Shown here piece by piece: positions 19,991 to 28,563 of a stretch of DNA of 64,000 nt (position 1 is its first letter; every line of letters starts with the position of its first letter). The notes below the pieces were generated by a model, which did no database searches, was not told the origin of the DNA, and saw only the letters and a list, made by a program, of their open reading frames with translations. This DNA comes from an uncultured bacterium. GTDB taxonomy: Bacteria > Pseudomonadota > Alphaproteobacteria > Rs-D84. Both the position numbers and the translations under genes were made by a program. The DNA lies in the NCBI GenBank assembly GCA_950096895.1, contig CATNBF010000002.1, positions 25,086 through 89,085 of the forward strand, written 5' to 3'.

Positions 19991-20314
19991 TTACCAACCA
20001 CTTAACGGGCATCCAGAAATACCCGGCAAGAATTGCAAAACCATCCCAATACCAAATAATAACGAAAAGCCAACCAACAGTCCGATCCCTTTTTTCTGGA
20101 TCTCTTCCATTTTGGCGTCGCCTTTTTTGATGAATTCCCATGCCCATCCGGCAATAAAGATCGCCGCGCCGGCAAATGCCAATGTCCGCAGGGTGTGGAA
20201 TATGCCCTGCATCCCGGCGATTAATGCGCACGGATCGGCCGCGCCGGTCGCACTGGCCATGGCGACGCCGGTTGATGCGACAATGGCCGATAATGCAAAT
20301 AATGTTTTTTTCAT
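19991..20314 (-). CDS. VirB2/TrbC-like type IV secretion pilin candidate (small two-helix membrane protein)
   Basis: Start taken at MKKTLFALSAIVASTGVAMASA (signal peptide), with an AAGGGGA Shine-Dalgarno upstream. The mature part has two hydrophobic helices (LRTLAFAGAAIFIAGWAW and GIGLLVGFSLLFGIGMVL) split by a charged loop (EFIKKGDAKMEEIQKK). This is VirB2/TrbC-like topology and size (107 aa). Confidence 0.5.
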   Translation of the reverse strand: MKKTLFALSAIVASTGVAMASATGAADPCALIAGMQGIFHTLRTLAFAGAAIFIAGWAWEFIKKGDAKMEEIQKKGIGLLVGFSLLFGIGMVLQFLPGISGCPLSGW

Positions 20315-20481
20315 CTTGTTCCCCTTTGTTGGATACGTTACCCAGATTCTATCATAAAAATCCATGGGATTCAAGTAACACAAACGCGCCCCAAGTGGGG
20401 CGCGCGAATTGTGTCGTCTTTGCCAGACCTTTAGATATTGGGTGTGATAATATAACGACGTTTTAACACCCATGGGCATGG

Positions 20482-20871
20482 TTACCCGGATCTAACCAGT
20501 GTCACAGGTTGATATTGTGGGATAACAACCGGTGTGGGCGCGGTTGGTACCGCCGCCGGTTCTGGTTCGGAAACCGGTTCTGCATCTTTTTCTGCCACAA
20601 TGCGCAGCAGCGCGCTGCGATCACTGCGCGGGGCGGCATTAACATGGTCACGTTCATACAGATCGTGGCACATCGTGTTCCGATAGACGATCCGTTTGTG
20701 TGTATCCAGACCGCGGATTTCTTGGTTATAATGATTGGCGTGTTCGGTCATGTAATAAATACAATCGGTGCCGTCTTGGACATATTGAATATCGCCACGG
20801 AAATAGTCATAATGATTGGCACATGCCCCCAGCCCCAACGCACATAAAACAGAAATCAGAACTTTTTTCAT
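20482..20871 (-). CDS. Lipoprotein of unknown function with Pro-rich C-terminus
   Basis: Lipobox LCALGLGAC at the MKKVLISV start. C-terminal AEPVSEPEPAAVPTAPTPVVIPQYQP. Confidence 0.6.
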   Translation of the reverse strand: MKKVLISVLCALGLGACANHYDYFRGDIQYVQDGTDCIYYMTEHANHYNQEIRGLDTHKRIVYRNTMCHDLYERDHVNAAPRSDRSALLRIVAEKDAEPVSEPEPAAVPTAPTPVVIPQYQPVTLVRSG

Positions 20872-21012
20872 AAATCGGTCCTTTGTTGAATAATTATTTC
20901 GATTCGGAAAACATTCTTGCACAAATCCAGTGATTGTCAAGCCGTATTGCCATACGTGACATTTTTATGGGGATATGATACAATGGGGCGTATGTTAGAA
21001 AAAGGAAATAAA

Positions 21013-21957
21013 ATGGCATATAAAGATTTTGGTGTGGTCAATACCCGTGATATGTTTGCACGGGCCATGGCGGGGGGATACGCAGTGCCGGCATTTAATT
21101 TCTATAATCTGGAAACGATCCAGGCGATTATCCAGGCAGCTCGTACCTGTCACAGTCCGGTTATTTTGGCGGTATCTGAATCGGCCTTGGCCTATATGGG
21201 GGACGCAATGTTGATGGCCATGGTGTCGGGACTGGGACTGGATGGGTCAGAACCGGTGGCATTACATCTGGATCATGGGTCATCGTTTGATGCATGCCGG
21301 CATGCGATTGATCTGGGCTTTTCATCTGTGATGATTGATGCCAGCAAGTTGGATATAAACGCAAATATTGATTTATCCCGGCGCGTGGTTGACTATGCCC
21401 ATGCCCATGATGTCACGGTAGAGGCAGAGCTGGGCGTCCTGAGCGGTATCGAAGATGAAAATACAGCCAGCGCGTACGGCCATTACACAAATCCCGCCGA
21501 CGTGGTTCATTTTGTTCATGAATCCGGGGTTGATTCATTGGCCATTGCCATTGGGACCAGTCATGGGGCCTATAAACGCCAACGTGATGACGAAGAATTG
21601 CGTTTTGACATTTTGCGTGACATTGCGGATGCGTTGCCGAATTTCCCCTTGGTTTTGCACGGGGCATCGTGTATTCCATCCCATTTGGTTGATATTATTA
21701 ATGAATATGGGGGATGCATAGGGGGCGCACGCGGCATCGCCCCAGATCAATTACGGCGTGCGACATCGATGAACGTGTGTAAAATCAATGTCGACAGTGA
21801 TTCGCGTTTGGCCTTTACAGCGGCGGTGCGGCGGACATTGGGGCAAAAGCCAGATGTCTTTGATCCGCGTCAATATCTGGGGGCGGCGCGCGATATGATC
21901 ACAGAAAACTGTATCGATGAAATACGACATATTATGAATTCAGAAAATAAATATTAA
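21013..21957 (+). CDS. fba: Class II fructose-bisphosphate aldolase
   Basis: AVPAFNFYNLETIQAIIQAA, ALHLDHG and HGAS motifs of class II FBA/tagatose-BP aldolases. The ATG at 21013 is preceded by AAAGGAAA. Confidence 0.9.
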   Translation: MAYKDFGVVNTRDMFARAMAGGYAVPAFNFYNLETIQAIIQAARTCHSPVILAVSESALAYMGDAMLMAMVSGLGLDGSEPVALHLDHGSSFDACRHAIDLGFSSVMIDASKLDINANIDLSRRVVDYAHAHDVTVEAELGVLSGIEDENTASAYGHYTNPADVVHFVHESGVDSLAIAIGTSHGAYKRQRDDEELRFDILRDIADALPNFPLVLHGASCIPSHLVDIINEYGGCIGGARGIAPDQLRRATSMNVCKINVDSDSRLAFTAAVRRTLGQKPDVFDPRQYLGAARDMITENCIDEIRHIMNSENKY

Positions 21958-21961
21958 TTCC

Positions 21962-21988
21962 AGACCGCCAAATTGGCGGTTTTATTTT
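21962..21988 (+). terminator. Intrinsic terminator after fba
   Basis: accgcc-aaatt-ggcggt followed by ttttatttt. Confidence 0.7.
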
Positions 21989-22013
21989 GGCAAAATACCT
22001 GATATAATACCCC

Positions 22014-22238
22014 CTGAATCCAAGAGTTGGGTTCGGGGTCGTTAGAAAGCCCATATCTGTTCGGTGCAATTGCGCCGTTAATTCGATGTATCGGTGCGGT
22101 TGCGCCGTTATCATCCCTGATCTTTATATGGTCGGGGGGCCGTTGGTTATACAAGACGTTTATGCGGAAAACCACGGGGTCATCTAACAGATATGATTTC
22201 TAAACTCCCCGACCGTCATTTCTTGGCGGTCTGTTTTT
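22014..22238 (+). ncRNA. Candidate structured RNA of unassigned family (6S-like long hairpin or terminator-bearing cis-leader)
   Basis: Extended -10 element TGaTATAAT at 22000-22008.
Long-range helix of 21 bp: gggg 22035-38 with cccc 22207-10, ttagaaa 22042-48 with tttctaa 22197-203, catatctgtt 22052-61 with aacagatatg 22186-95.
Two near-identical internal hairpins at 22061-80 and 22091-110.
Terminator gaccgtca-tttct-tggcggtc plus tgttttt at 22211-22238. Confidence 0.4.
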
Positions 22239-22268
22239 ATATAATGGGATTGGGGCCTGGTTTGGCGA

Positions 22269-23003
22269 TTGGTGTTTTTTATTGTAATCGGGATGATCGT
22301 TGGCGATGCATCTGGGGAACCAATTGGACTTTCCCGGTTTATCATGGGGGAATGTGGGCTGTTGGGCTATGAAGATACTGATTTGTACAAGGAATGTTGT
22401 ATCTTGGGGGCTAAAAACCCAGGCTATTCCATGCGTGAGATAAAAGAAATGGTTCGATTAAAACAGCAAGATATCCAAGATTGTTTGGACTTTCCGACGG
22501 GATCGCCCCGTTTGTCTGCGTCGGGTAAACTGTGTATTATATGGAATCCAAATGATGACAAGGGAAAATCCAGATCCCCATCTGTGGATAAATATGCCCG
22601 TGCCCATGGGGGTATTCCATATGTCTCGTTTTGTGACAAGGATACTTGCGATGCCCAAAATGAATCAGATCTTGTGGGAAAGATCGTGGTGGGGTCAATG
22701 CATATGTATGTGATGCGTTTCGCCTATGAAGAAGCAAAACGGGAATGCAGTCGGCGTGGCGGAACATTAACCTTGAAATCAGGGCAAGTGCATGAAAATT
22801 CATATATCTTGTGCAAGATCGAAGCAACAACATCCACCATGACCCAAGAAGAATGTGATGCCATGCAAACGTCTTGGCCACTGGGCTATTCAGATGGAAA
22901 TATTGGCACATTTCGCATCACTGGCAATAAGGTCAAATGTTCATATTTACCCACAGGATTAATATTATATGGCGGCAGATATGCCGGGCCAATGCACAGA
23001 TAA
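22269..23003 (+). CDS. Cysteine-rich hypothetical protein
   Basis: Long ORF with a TTG start and no clear Shine-Dalgarno, so the start is uncertain. Hydrophobic N-terminus (VFFIVIGMIVG) and about 12 Cys in 244 aa. I recognise no family. Confidence 0.45.
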   Translation: MVFFIVIGMIVGDASGEPIGLSRFIMGECGLLGYEDTDLYKECCILGAKNPGYSMREIKEMVRLKQQDIQDCLDFPTGSPRLSASGKLCIIWNPNDDKGKSRSPSVDKYARAHGGIPYVSFCDKDTCDAQNESDLVGKIVVGSMHMYVMRFAYEEAKRECSRRGGTLTLKSGQVHENSYILCKIEATTSTMTQEECDAMQTSWPLGYSDGNIGTFRITGNKVKCSYLPTGLILYGGRYAGPMHR

Positions 23004-23166
23004 TATGGAAGAACATCCGGTGACGGGCGATTGTTTGTGTAAATATGGGTATAAAGGTGAAATAGGAAACAGTTTATGCAATCCGCCCCCAGAATAAAAA
23101 ACATCGGTTGAAACCCAAAATTTTTTCGATAAAATACATTCGAATAATCAACCAAGGGGGGAAATA

Positions 23167-23817
23167 ATGAAGACATTTGTAACGGTTTTGGCATTGACGG
23201 CAATTGCGCTGGGGGGATGTACAACAACCAATCCATATACGGGCCAGACCCAGACGTCCAAGGCTGTATGGGGCACCGCCATTGGCGCGGCAACCGGGGC
23301 GGCAACGGGGGCCTTGGTCGCGAAAAAAAGTGGCGCGGGCGCAATTGTTGGCGGTCTGGCCGGGGCGGCCATTGGTGGGGGTACGGGATATTATCTGGAC
23401 GTACAAGAGGCGGAATTACGTCAACAACTGGCATCGACCGGTGTTGGTGTCGAACGCACCGACGACAGCATTCGTTTAATCATGCCGGGCAATATTACGT
23501 TCAAAACAGATTCGGCCGATATCAATTCTAATTTTTATGCGGTTCTGAATTCCGTGGCCAAGGTTTTGAATAAATACAACAATTCAACCATTATGGTTCT
23601 TGGGTTTACCGATAACACGGGATCGGCGGATTATAACCAGACCCTGTCACGTCAACGGGCGAATGCGGTGGCGTCTTACCTGCAGGGCCAAGGGGTGAAA
23701 TCGTCACGCTTTGAAATTATGGCAATGGGGCCATCAAATCCGATTGCATCAAATGCAACTGCGGCGGGTCGGGCCCAAAATCGACGTGTCGAAATTAAAA
23801 TTATTCCCAATAAATAA
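23167..23817 (+). CDS. OmpA-family lipoprotein with glycine-zipper region
   Basis: Lipobox LALTAIALGGC. Gly-zipper GTAIGAATGAATGALVAKKSGAGAIVGGLAGAAIGGGTG. C-terminal OmpA-like peptidoglycan-binding domain (GFTDNTGSADYNQTLSRQRANAVASYL...NRRVEIKI). Confidence 0.85.
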   Translation: MKTFVTVLALTAIALGGCTTTNPYTGQTQTSKAVWGTAIGAATGAATGALVAKKSGAGAIVGGLAGAAIGGGTGYYLDVQEAELRQQLASTGVGVERTDDSIRLIMPGNITFKTDSADINSNFYAVLNSVAKVLNKYNNSTIMVLGFTDNTGSADYNQTLSRQRANAVASYLQGQGVKSSRFEIMAMGPSNPIASNATAAGRAQNRRVEIKIIPNK

Positions 23818-23846
23818 CAAAATCCCCCATTTGGGGGATTTTGTTA
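23817..23846. terminator. Bidirectional intrinsic terminator
   Basis: aaaatccccc-attt-gggggatttt, between convergent genes. Confidence 0.7.
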
Positions 23847-23854
23847 TATAGGAC

Positions 23855-24601
23855 CTAGCGATTTTTTTCTTTTAACCAATTAATGGCGTTGGTGACATAT
23901 TGTTGGGCCCGGTTCAGATCAAATTTCCCGGTGACGGGATTTTTCAAGCCACCTTCGGCATCAATCCAAATGGGTTGGTTGCCAACCTTGGACGCGATTT
24001 TATCCAATCGTGCGGTCACGTTGTCGGGGGTGATCCCACCCGAATATCCCGTTGCCAACGCATAGGCAAAGGGACGACCCGTCACGCGCGGCGCGCGTCC
24101 CATCCCGCCGGACGCGTCATAAAGAACGCAAAAACGTGCGCCTGTATTCGCCAGTCGGCGCATGCGCATGGCCTGGGGGGTGGTGTATTGGAATATAAAT
24201 TCGTGATTGGGGAATGCGCTTATGATCTGGTTGACGGGGGTGGGGCGGAACATGGGACTGTGGCTGCCGGACAAATTAATCTGAACCCGCTGCACCAACA
24301 GGGTGCCATTTTGGTGTATCCGCATTAACCAATCTTGTAAATCTGGTGCCAATTCACCCTGGCAAAACATATCGCACCATTGCATATTGACATGCACCGC
24401 CAGATTGGGGGCAACGCGCGTCGCGGCCGCCGTGGATAACAATGATTCAAACCACACGCGCCGATCCATGCCCACAGACATCCGGGACGGGTGCGCCTGG
24501 ACGGCCAATTCCGCGTGTGGATATTGCCGCAGAAACGCCAGGATATCTGAAACAGACGTATTTTCGCGCGGATCAGAACAGGTGATATAGCGTAGGTTCA
24601 T
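23855..24601 (-). CDS. TrpF-fold (phosphoribosylanthranilate isomerase-like) protein, function unknown
   Basis: The C-terminal half (VLYDASGGMG...GYSGGITPDNV...IWIDAEGGLK...KFDLNRAQQYV) resembles the TrpF TIM-barrel C-terminus. The N-terminal half lacks the usual TrpF motifs, and no other trp genes are nearby. Confidence 0.45.
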   Translation of the reverse strand: MNLRYITCSDPRENTSVSDILAFLRQYPHAELAVQAHPSRMSVGMDRRVWFESLLSTAAATRVAPNLAVHVNMQWCDMFCQGELAPDLQDWLMRIHQNGTLLVQRVQINLSGSHSPMFRPTPVNQIISAFPNHEFIFQYTTPQAMRMRRLANTGARFCVLYDASGGMGRAPRVTGRPFAYALATGYSGGITPDNVTARLDKIASKVGNQPIWIDAEGGLKNPVTGKFDLNRAQQYVTNAINWLKEKNR

Positions 24602-24604
24602 TTT

Positions 24605-25699
24605 TTAATTCCCTTGGTGATTATTTAGGCGCAACTGGCCACATGCCGACCCGATGTCTGTGCCGCGTTCGCGGCGGATACGGGTATGGATCCCCCGTTT
24701 GATTAAAATGTCTTGAAACCGATGTACGGCGTTACCCGATGGCGCGGCAAAATCCCGTTCATCAACCGCGTTCCACGGGATCAGGTTTACCATACAATTT
24801 TTACCCGTCAATTTGTCGGCCAAACATTCTGCCATTTCTGGGGTCGCGTTATAGAGTTCGGTTTCCCCCATCTCATTACGCCGCCCCAGCAAGATGTATT
24901 CAATCATCAGTTGCCGGTTATGCGCGGCGGTAAAGGCATCGGCCGCGGTCAAGACATCGTCCAATTTGTATTTATTATTAATTGGCATAATCTGGGATCG
25001 CATTTCATCGGTTGGCGCATGCATGGATATGGCCAAATTAATCGGCCGACCCCATTTGATCAGATCGTAAATTCCTGGTACAATACCGCATGTCGACAAC
25101 GTTATGCGCCGCCATCCGATGCCCAGATCTTGGTTTAACCGTTCCATAAATCCGATAACATTTTCTGTATTTTGCAAGGGTTCACCCGTCCCCATAATCA
25201 CCACATGGGATACATCCCCATTGTTGGGATCGCCATTGGGTCGTGATGTGCCCCGGTCGCCACGCAATTCCCATTGCGCCGTCAGCACCTGGGCCAGGAT
25301 TTCATTTGTTGTTAAATTTCGTTGTAGCCCCAGCAACGTTGACGCACAGAACCGACAGCCCATGGCGCATCCAGCCTGAGAGCTGACACAAACACTGTTG
25401 CCATAGGTGGTGCGCATTAAAACGCATTCGATTTTATTACCGTCGGCCAGTTCTAACAAGAACTTGGTCGTTTCCCCATCGGCAGATTCCAGTTTAGTAA
25501 TAATCTTGACCGGTAATGTGACCGCCATTTGATCCAGTTGGTTGCGCAAATCCATTGGTAAATTCTTCATCACAGAAAAATCAGGGGCCCCACGGTTTAA
25601 CCATTGGCGTATTTGCGCCGCCCGAAAACGGGGTTGGCCCATATCGGTCACAAAGGCATTTAATTCGGCATCAGAAAAATTGAATAAAATGGGTTTCAT
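24605..25699 (-). CDS. rlmN: 23S rRNA/tRNA (adenine-C2)-methyltransferase, radical SAM
   Basis: GQPRFRAAQIRQWL N-terminus, radical SAM cluster motif CAMGCRFCAS, and C-terminal GSACGQL. Confidence 0.95.
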   Translation of the reverse strand: MKPILFNFSDAELNAFVTDMGQPRFRAAQIRQWLNRGAPDFSVMKNLPMDLRNQLDQMAVTLPVKIITKLESADGETTKFLLELADGNKIECVLMRTTYGNSVCVSSQAGCAMGCRFCASTLLGLQRNLTTNEILAQVLTAQWELRGDRGTSRPNGDPNNGDVSHVVIMGTGEPLQNTENVIGFMERLNQDLGIGWRRITLSTCGIVPGIYDLIKWGRPINLAISMHAPTDEMRSQIMPINNKYKLDDVLTAADAFTAAHNRQLMIEYILLGRRNEMGETELYNATPEMAECLADKLTGKNCMVNLIPWNAVDERDFAAPSGNAVHRFQDILIKRGIHTRIRRERGTDIGSACGQLRLNNHQGN

Positions 25700-26517
25700 A
25701 TTTTATACCTATCATCATGAATGACAATAATGGCTTTGCGCCGTAATTGCTTTAATTGTTGATCCGCGATAAACAATGCCTTTTGAAAGGTCGCATTTTG
25801 TTTAATGATCTTGTCCAGGTCGCCATATTCTTTGGTCTTTTTCGTATCACAGACCAAAAAGACCGTATTATCACGATGGCCCGACCATGTTAATTTCGGT
25901 AAATCGGTCACGCGACTGCGAATTTCTGGGGCCAATTCGTATTGAACGGCGGTAAATTTGTGGGGCACGCCGCCTAAATTTTCGGCCATTTTTATGGCGT
26001 CGTCGCATGATTTTGGCTTGGTCAACCGGGCGGCAATATCGGCCGGAATATCTGTTAACCGGATCAATGTCATTTCAATTGGTAATCCGTGTTCACGTGC
26101 CAGATCGCGCCGCTGGGCCAGAATATCATCATTGGAAATATCAACTGATGGTAAGATGGTTCGGCCCACCACCATTTGCCATGCAATGTCGGCGCGGATG
26201 GCGGATTTGGCCATGGCCGCCTCTGTCGCGGTTAATTCCCCCAGGGATAATTTCTTGAATTCTTTGGTCACATCATCGTCTGATGGGACCGCGTTAAAGC
26301 CGGCGGCATACGCCACCTTGACATTATCATCAATAATACTGTTCAAGGCAACCCGCCGATTATCGGTTGATGTGCGGCCTTGCTTGTTCATCAATGACAC
26401 CCGCGCCGTAATATCGGCGTCGGTGATGGGTGTTGTCCCCACGGTGGCGACAACCGATGCCGCCATGGCCGATGTCCCCATAAATACCCCCAACCCTGCG
26501 ATCAATAATGCTTTCAT
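25696..26517 (-). CDS. SurA-like periplasmic chaperone (short form)
   Basis: Signal peptide, a SurA-N-like helical domain, and a degenerate parvulin-like C-terminus. Lies directly downstream of lptD, as in the conserved lptD-surA arrangement. Confidence 0.6.
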   Translation of the reverse strand: MKALLIAGLGVFMGTSAMAASVVATVGTTPITDADITARVSLMNKQGRTSTDNRRVALNSIIDDNVKVAYAAGFNAVPSDDDVTKEFKKLSLGELTATEAAMAKSAIRADIAWQMVVGRTILPSVDISNDDILAQRRDLAREHGLPIEMTLIRLTDIPADIAARLTKPKSCDDAIKMAENLGGVPHKFTAVQYELAPEIRSRVTDLPKLTWSGHRDNTVFLVCDTKKTKEYGDLDKIIKQNATFQKALFIADQQLKQLRRKAIIVIHDDRYKI

Positions 26518-26547
26518 TGTATGCCCCCCTTTTTTGGGTATTTGTGT

Positions 26548-28563
26548 TTATTTGTATTGTTTGCCATCAATGCTCATCCCAAAACGGAATTGAAACGTTG
26601 TTGTCCCGACATAGTCGTATTTACTGGAATTATCACGCCGATATTCCAACGACAGGTAATAGCACGGATGATTATAGAAAATCCCCCCACTGTTGCGTTG
26701 GAATTGATTTTCTGTCAGATTATAGGTAGCGGCGAAACGCAGACTCCACCGGTCGGACAGTTGCAATCCCGCCCCGGCAATAATTTCATGGGTATCATCA
26801 GATGCGTTTTGAACATCGATGAACTTTGCACTCCATAAATGCCCGATATTAATAAAGTTGCGTGATGTGCCGATGTGTGCCGACGTTTCTGTATGACGCA
26901 GCGACAGGTTTTCTTCGCTGATGCGAAAGCGGCTGGCCAAATTAATCCAACTGGCGCGATTATAGCTGATGCGGCCCACATAGTCCGATAGCCCATCGTG
27001 AAATCCGCTATTGGGATCGGACACCACCCGATCAGAAAAGTCATATGATTGCCCCAAAAAGATTTCAAAGCTTTGATCTGTGCCTTGGTACGCGGCATAG
27101 CGGACACCATAATCGGCAAACGTGCCATTTTCCCATAAATCCATACCGGCAAATCGATTGGATGAAAACAAGGACGTGTCTGATAAAAATGTTCCGGCAG
27201 AATCAGTGTTTAACGAAAACTGGGCATCTTGAATTTCCCGCATGACGGTCAATCGGGCCCGGGGTTCGATAATATGAATCCAGTCTTTATTGGCCCGATA
27301 CAGCGGCAGACCCCATTCGGCATACGCACTGGGCAAAAAGCGGGTCTTGACCCCAGAATAAATATCCCCATCCACCATTTCAGTGTTGTGGAAATTATAA
27401 ATGTCATAGCGGCCCGATACATTTAATGTCAACCGATTACCCCCCCACAGTGTCCACGGGGACGTAATGGCGGCCATACCAATCATACGCTGGTTTGATG
27501 TCCCATCGCCCGAGATACCCAACACGTCCGTGCCAAACGTTGCGTATGTTTCATAGAAAAAAGGTTCTGTTTGATGGACCGCGCGGATGTTGGGTAAAAT
27601 ATCGCCCGACGGGATAGAGTGATTAAGACTCGTACTGCGTAATTCTTGAAAGATGTGCATGTCGGCGACTGCATAACTGGATATACCGAATAATTCCAAC
27701 TTGGCCCCGGAATCCAAATACGGCTGGGCGTCATAAAATCCATATTTTTGCAGGTATGTTTTATCTGATGCGCGTTCCAAGAATACAGACGCGCGGGCAT
27801 AATCCCCCAATTCAATGACATCATCATTAAAGATATGCCAGCGGTTTTCCCCGGCCTTGTTGTGGGTAAATGAACCGCGGGTTCGAAATTGCCCATGGGT
27901 TGTGTTTAACCGATGCTCGCCATGAAACAGGGGATTTTCCTGGGTTAAATATGAAAAGCGCAGGGTTAAGTCATGCGTGTCAGATATCGAGATATAGACC
28001 GGTAAATTAAACTGGGTTCCCATTTTGTTGGTGGATTCAAAACTGGGCATTAACAGACCAGATTTGTACTTAACCGATGGGTCAGGCATTTCAAAGTACG
28101 GCCACCAAAACGCTGGAATGCCATAAATCCAAAATACGGAATTGTGAAACGCCATTGTTTTATCGGCCGCATCGTGAACAAATGTTGATGCCGATATTTC
28201 CCACGCATTACCAAATGGATCACATCCTTCACATGCGGTGAACATGGCATGATGCGCAACAGTATCTGCGCCATCGCGGGTAAAGTTGCGGGCCGACACA
28301 TACACATGGTTCCCCAGCCATAATTCAATATCTTGACCCTGGATGCTTTCGGCAGTGGGGGCCAAATAAGAATCATTTAATGTCAATCTTTGGCCGGATT
28401 GGTTAACAATTTCTGTCTGGCCAGTGGTGCGAATTTCATCAGATTTAACATTGTATTCGATTTTGGGGGCGATAATGGTTTTGGGTTCATCAATGTTAAT
28501 CGATGCCGCCCACGCTGGCGTGCCCATGCACAGAAAAAACAAGATATGCGTCCGTTTTATCAT
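26548..28563 (-). CDS. lptD: LPS-assembly outer membrane protein LptD
   Basis: Signal peptide, an OstA-like N-terminal beta-jellyroll, a long beta-barrel with alternating pattern, and an aromatic-rich C-terminus. Overlaps an lptF/G-family gene by 4 nt. Confidence 0.85.
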   Translation of the reverse strand: MIKRTHILFFLCMGTPAWAASINIDEPKTIIAPKIEYNVKSDEIRTTGQTEIVNQSGQRLTLNDSYLAPTAESIQGQDIELWLGNHVYVSARNFTRDGADTVAHHAMFTACEGCDPFGNAWEISASTFVHDAADKTMAFHNSVFWIYGIPAFWWPYFEMPDPSVKYKSGLLMPSFESTNKMGTQFNLPVYISISDTHDLTLRFSYLTQENPLFHGEHRLNTTHGQFRTRGSFTHNKAGENRWHIFNDDVIELGDYARASVFLERASDKTYLQKYGFYDAQPYLDSGAKLELFGISSYAVADMHIFQELRSTSLNHSIPSGDILPNIRAVHQTEPFFYETYATFGTDVLGISGDGTSNQRMIGMAAITSPWTLWGGNRLTLNVSGRYDIYNFHNTEMVDGDIYSGVKTRFLPSAYAEWGLPLYRANKDWIHIIEPRARLTVMREIQDAQFSLNTDSAGTFLSDTSLFSSNRFAGMDLWENGTFADYGVRYAAYQGTDQSFEIFLGQSYDFSDRVVSDPNSGFHDGLSDYVGRISYNRASWINLASRFRISEENLSLRHTETSAHIGTSRNFINIGHLWSAKFIDVQNASDDTHEIIAGAGLQLSDRWSLRFAATYNLTENQFQRNSGGIFYNHPCYYLSLEYRRDNSSKYDYVGTTTFQFRFGMSIDGKQYK

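Noticed and set aside
19797-20357. A 186-aa plus-strand ORF overlapping the VirB2-like gene.
   Set aside because: It runs through the efp terminator hairpins and is antisense to a compact ORF that has a signal peptide and a good Shine-Dalgarno. Its composition is irregular and it has no Shine-Dalgarno.
22061-22110. Two near-identical 20-nt units 30 nt apart, considered as a CRISPR-like or iteron array.
   Set aside because: There are only two copies, with no further repeats and no cas or rep genes. Each unit forms an RNA hairpin with a G-U pair inside a larger closed helix, so they fit better as parts of one structured RNA.
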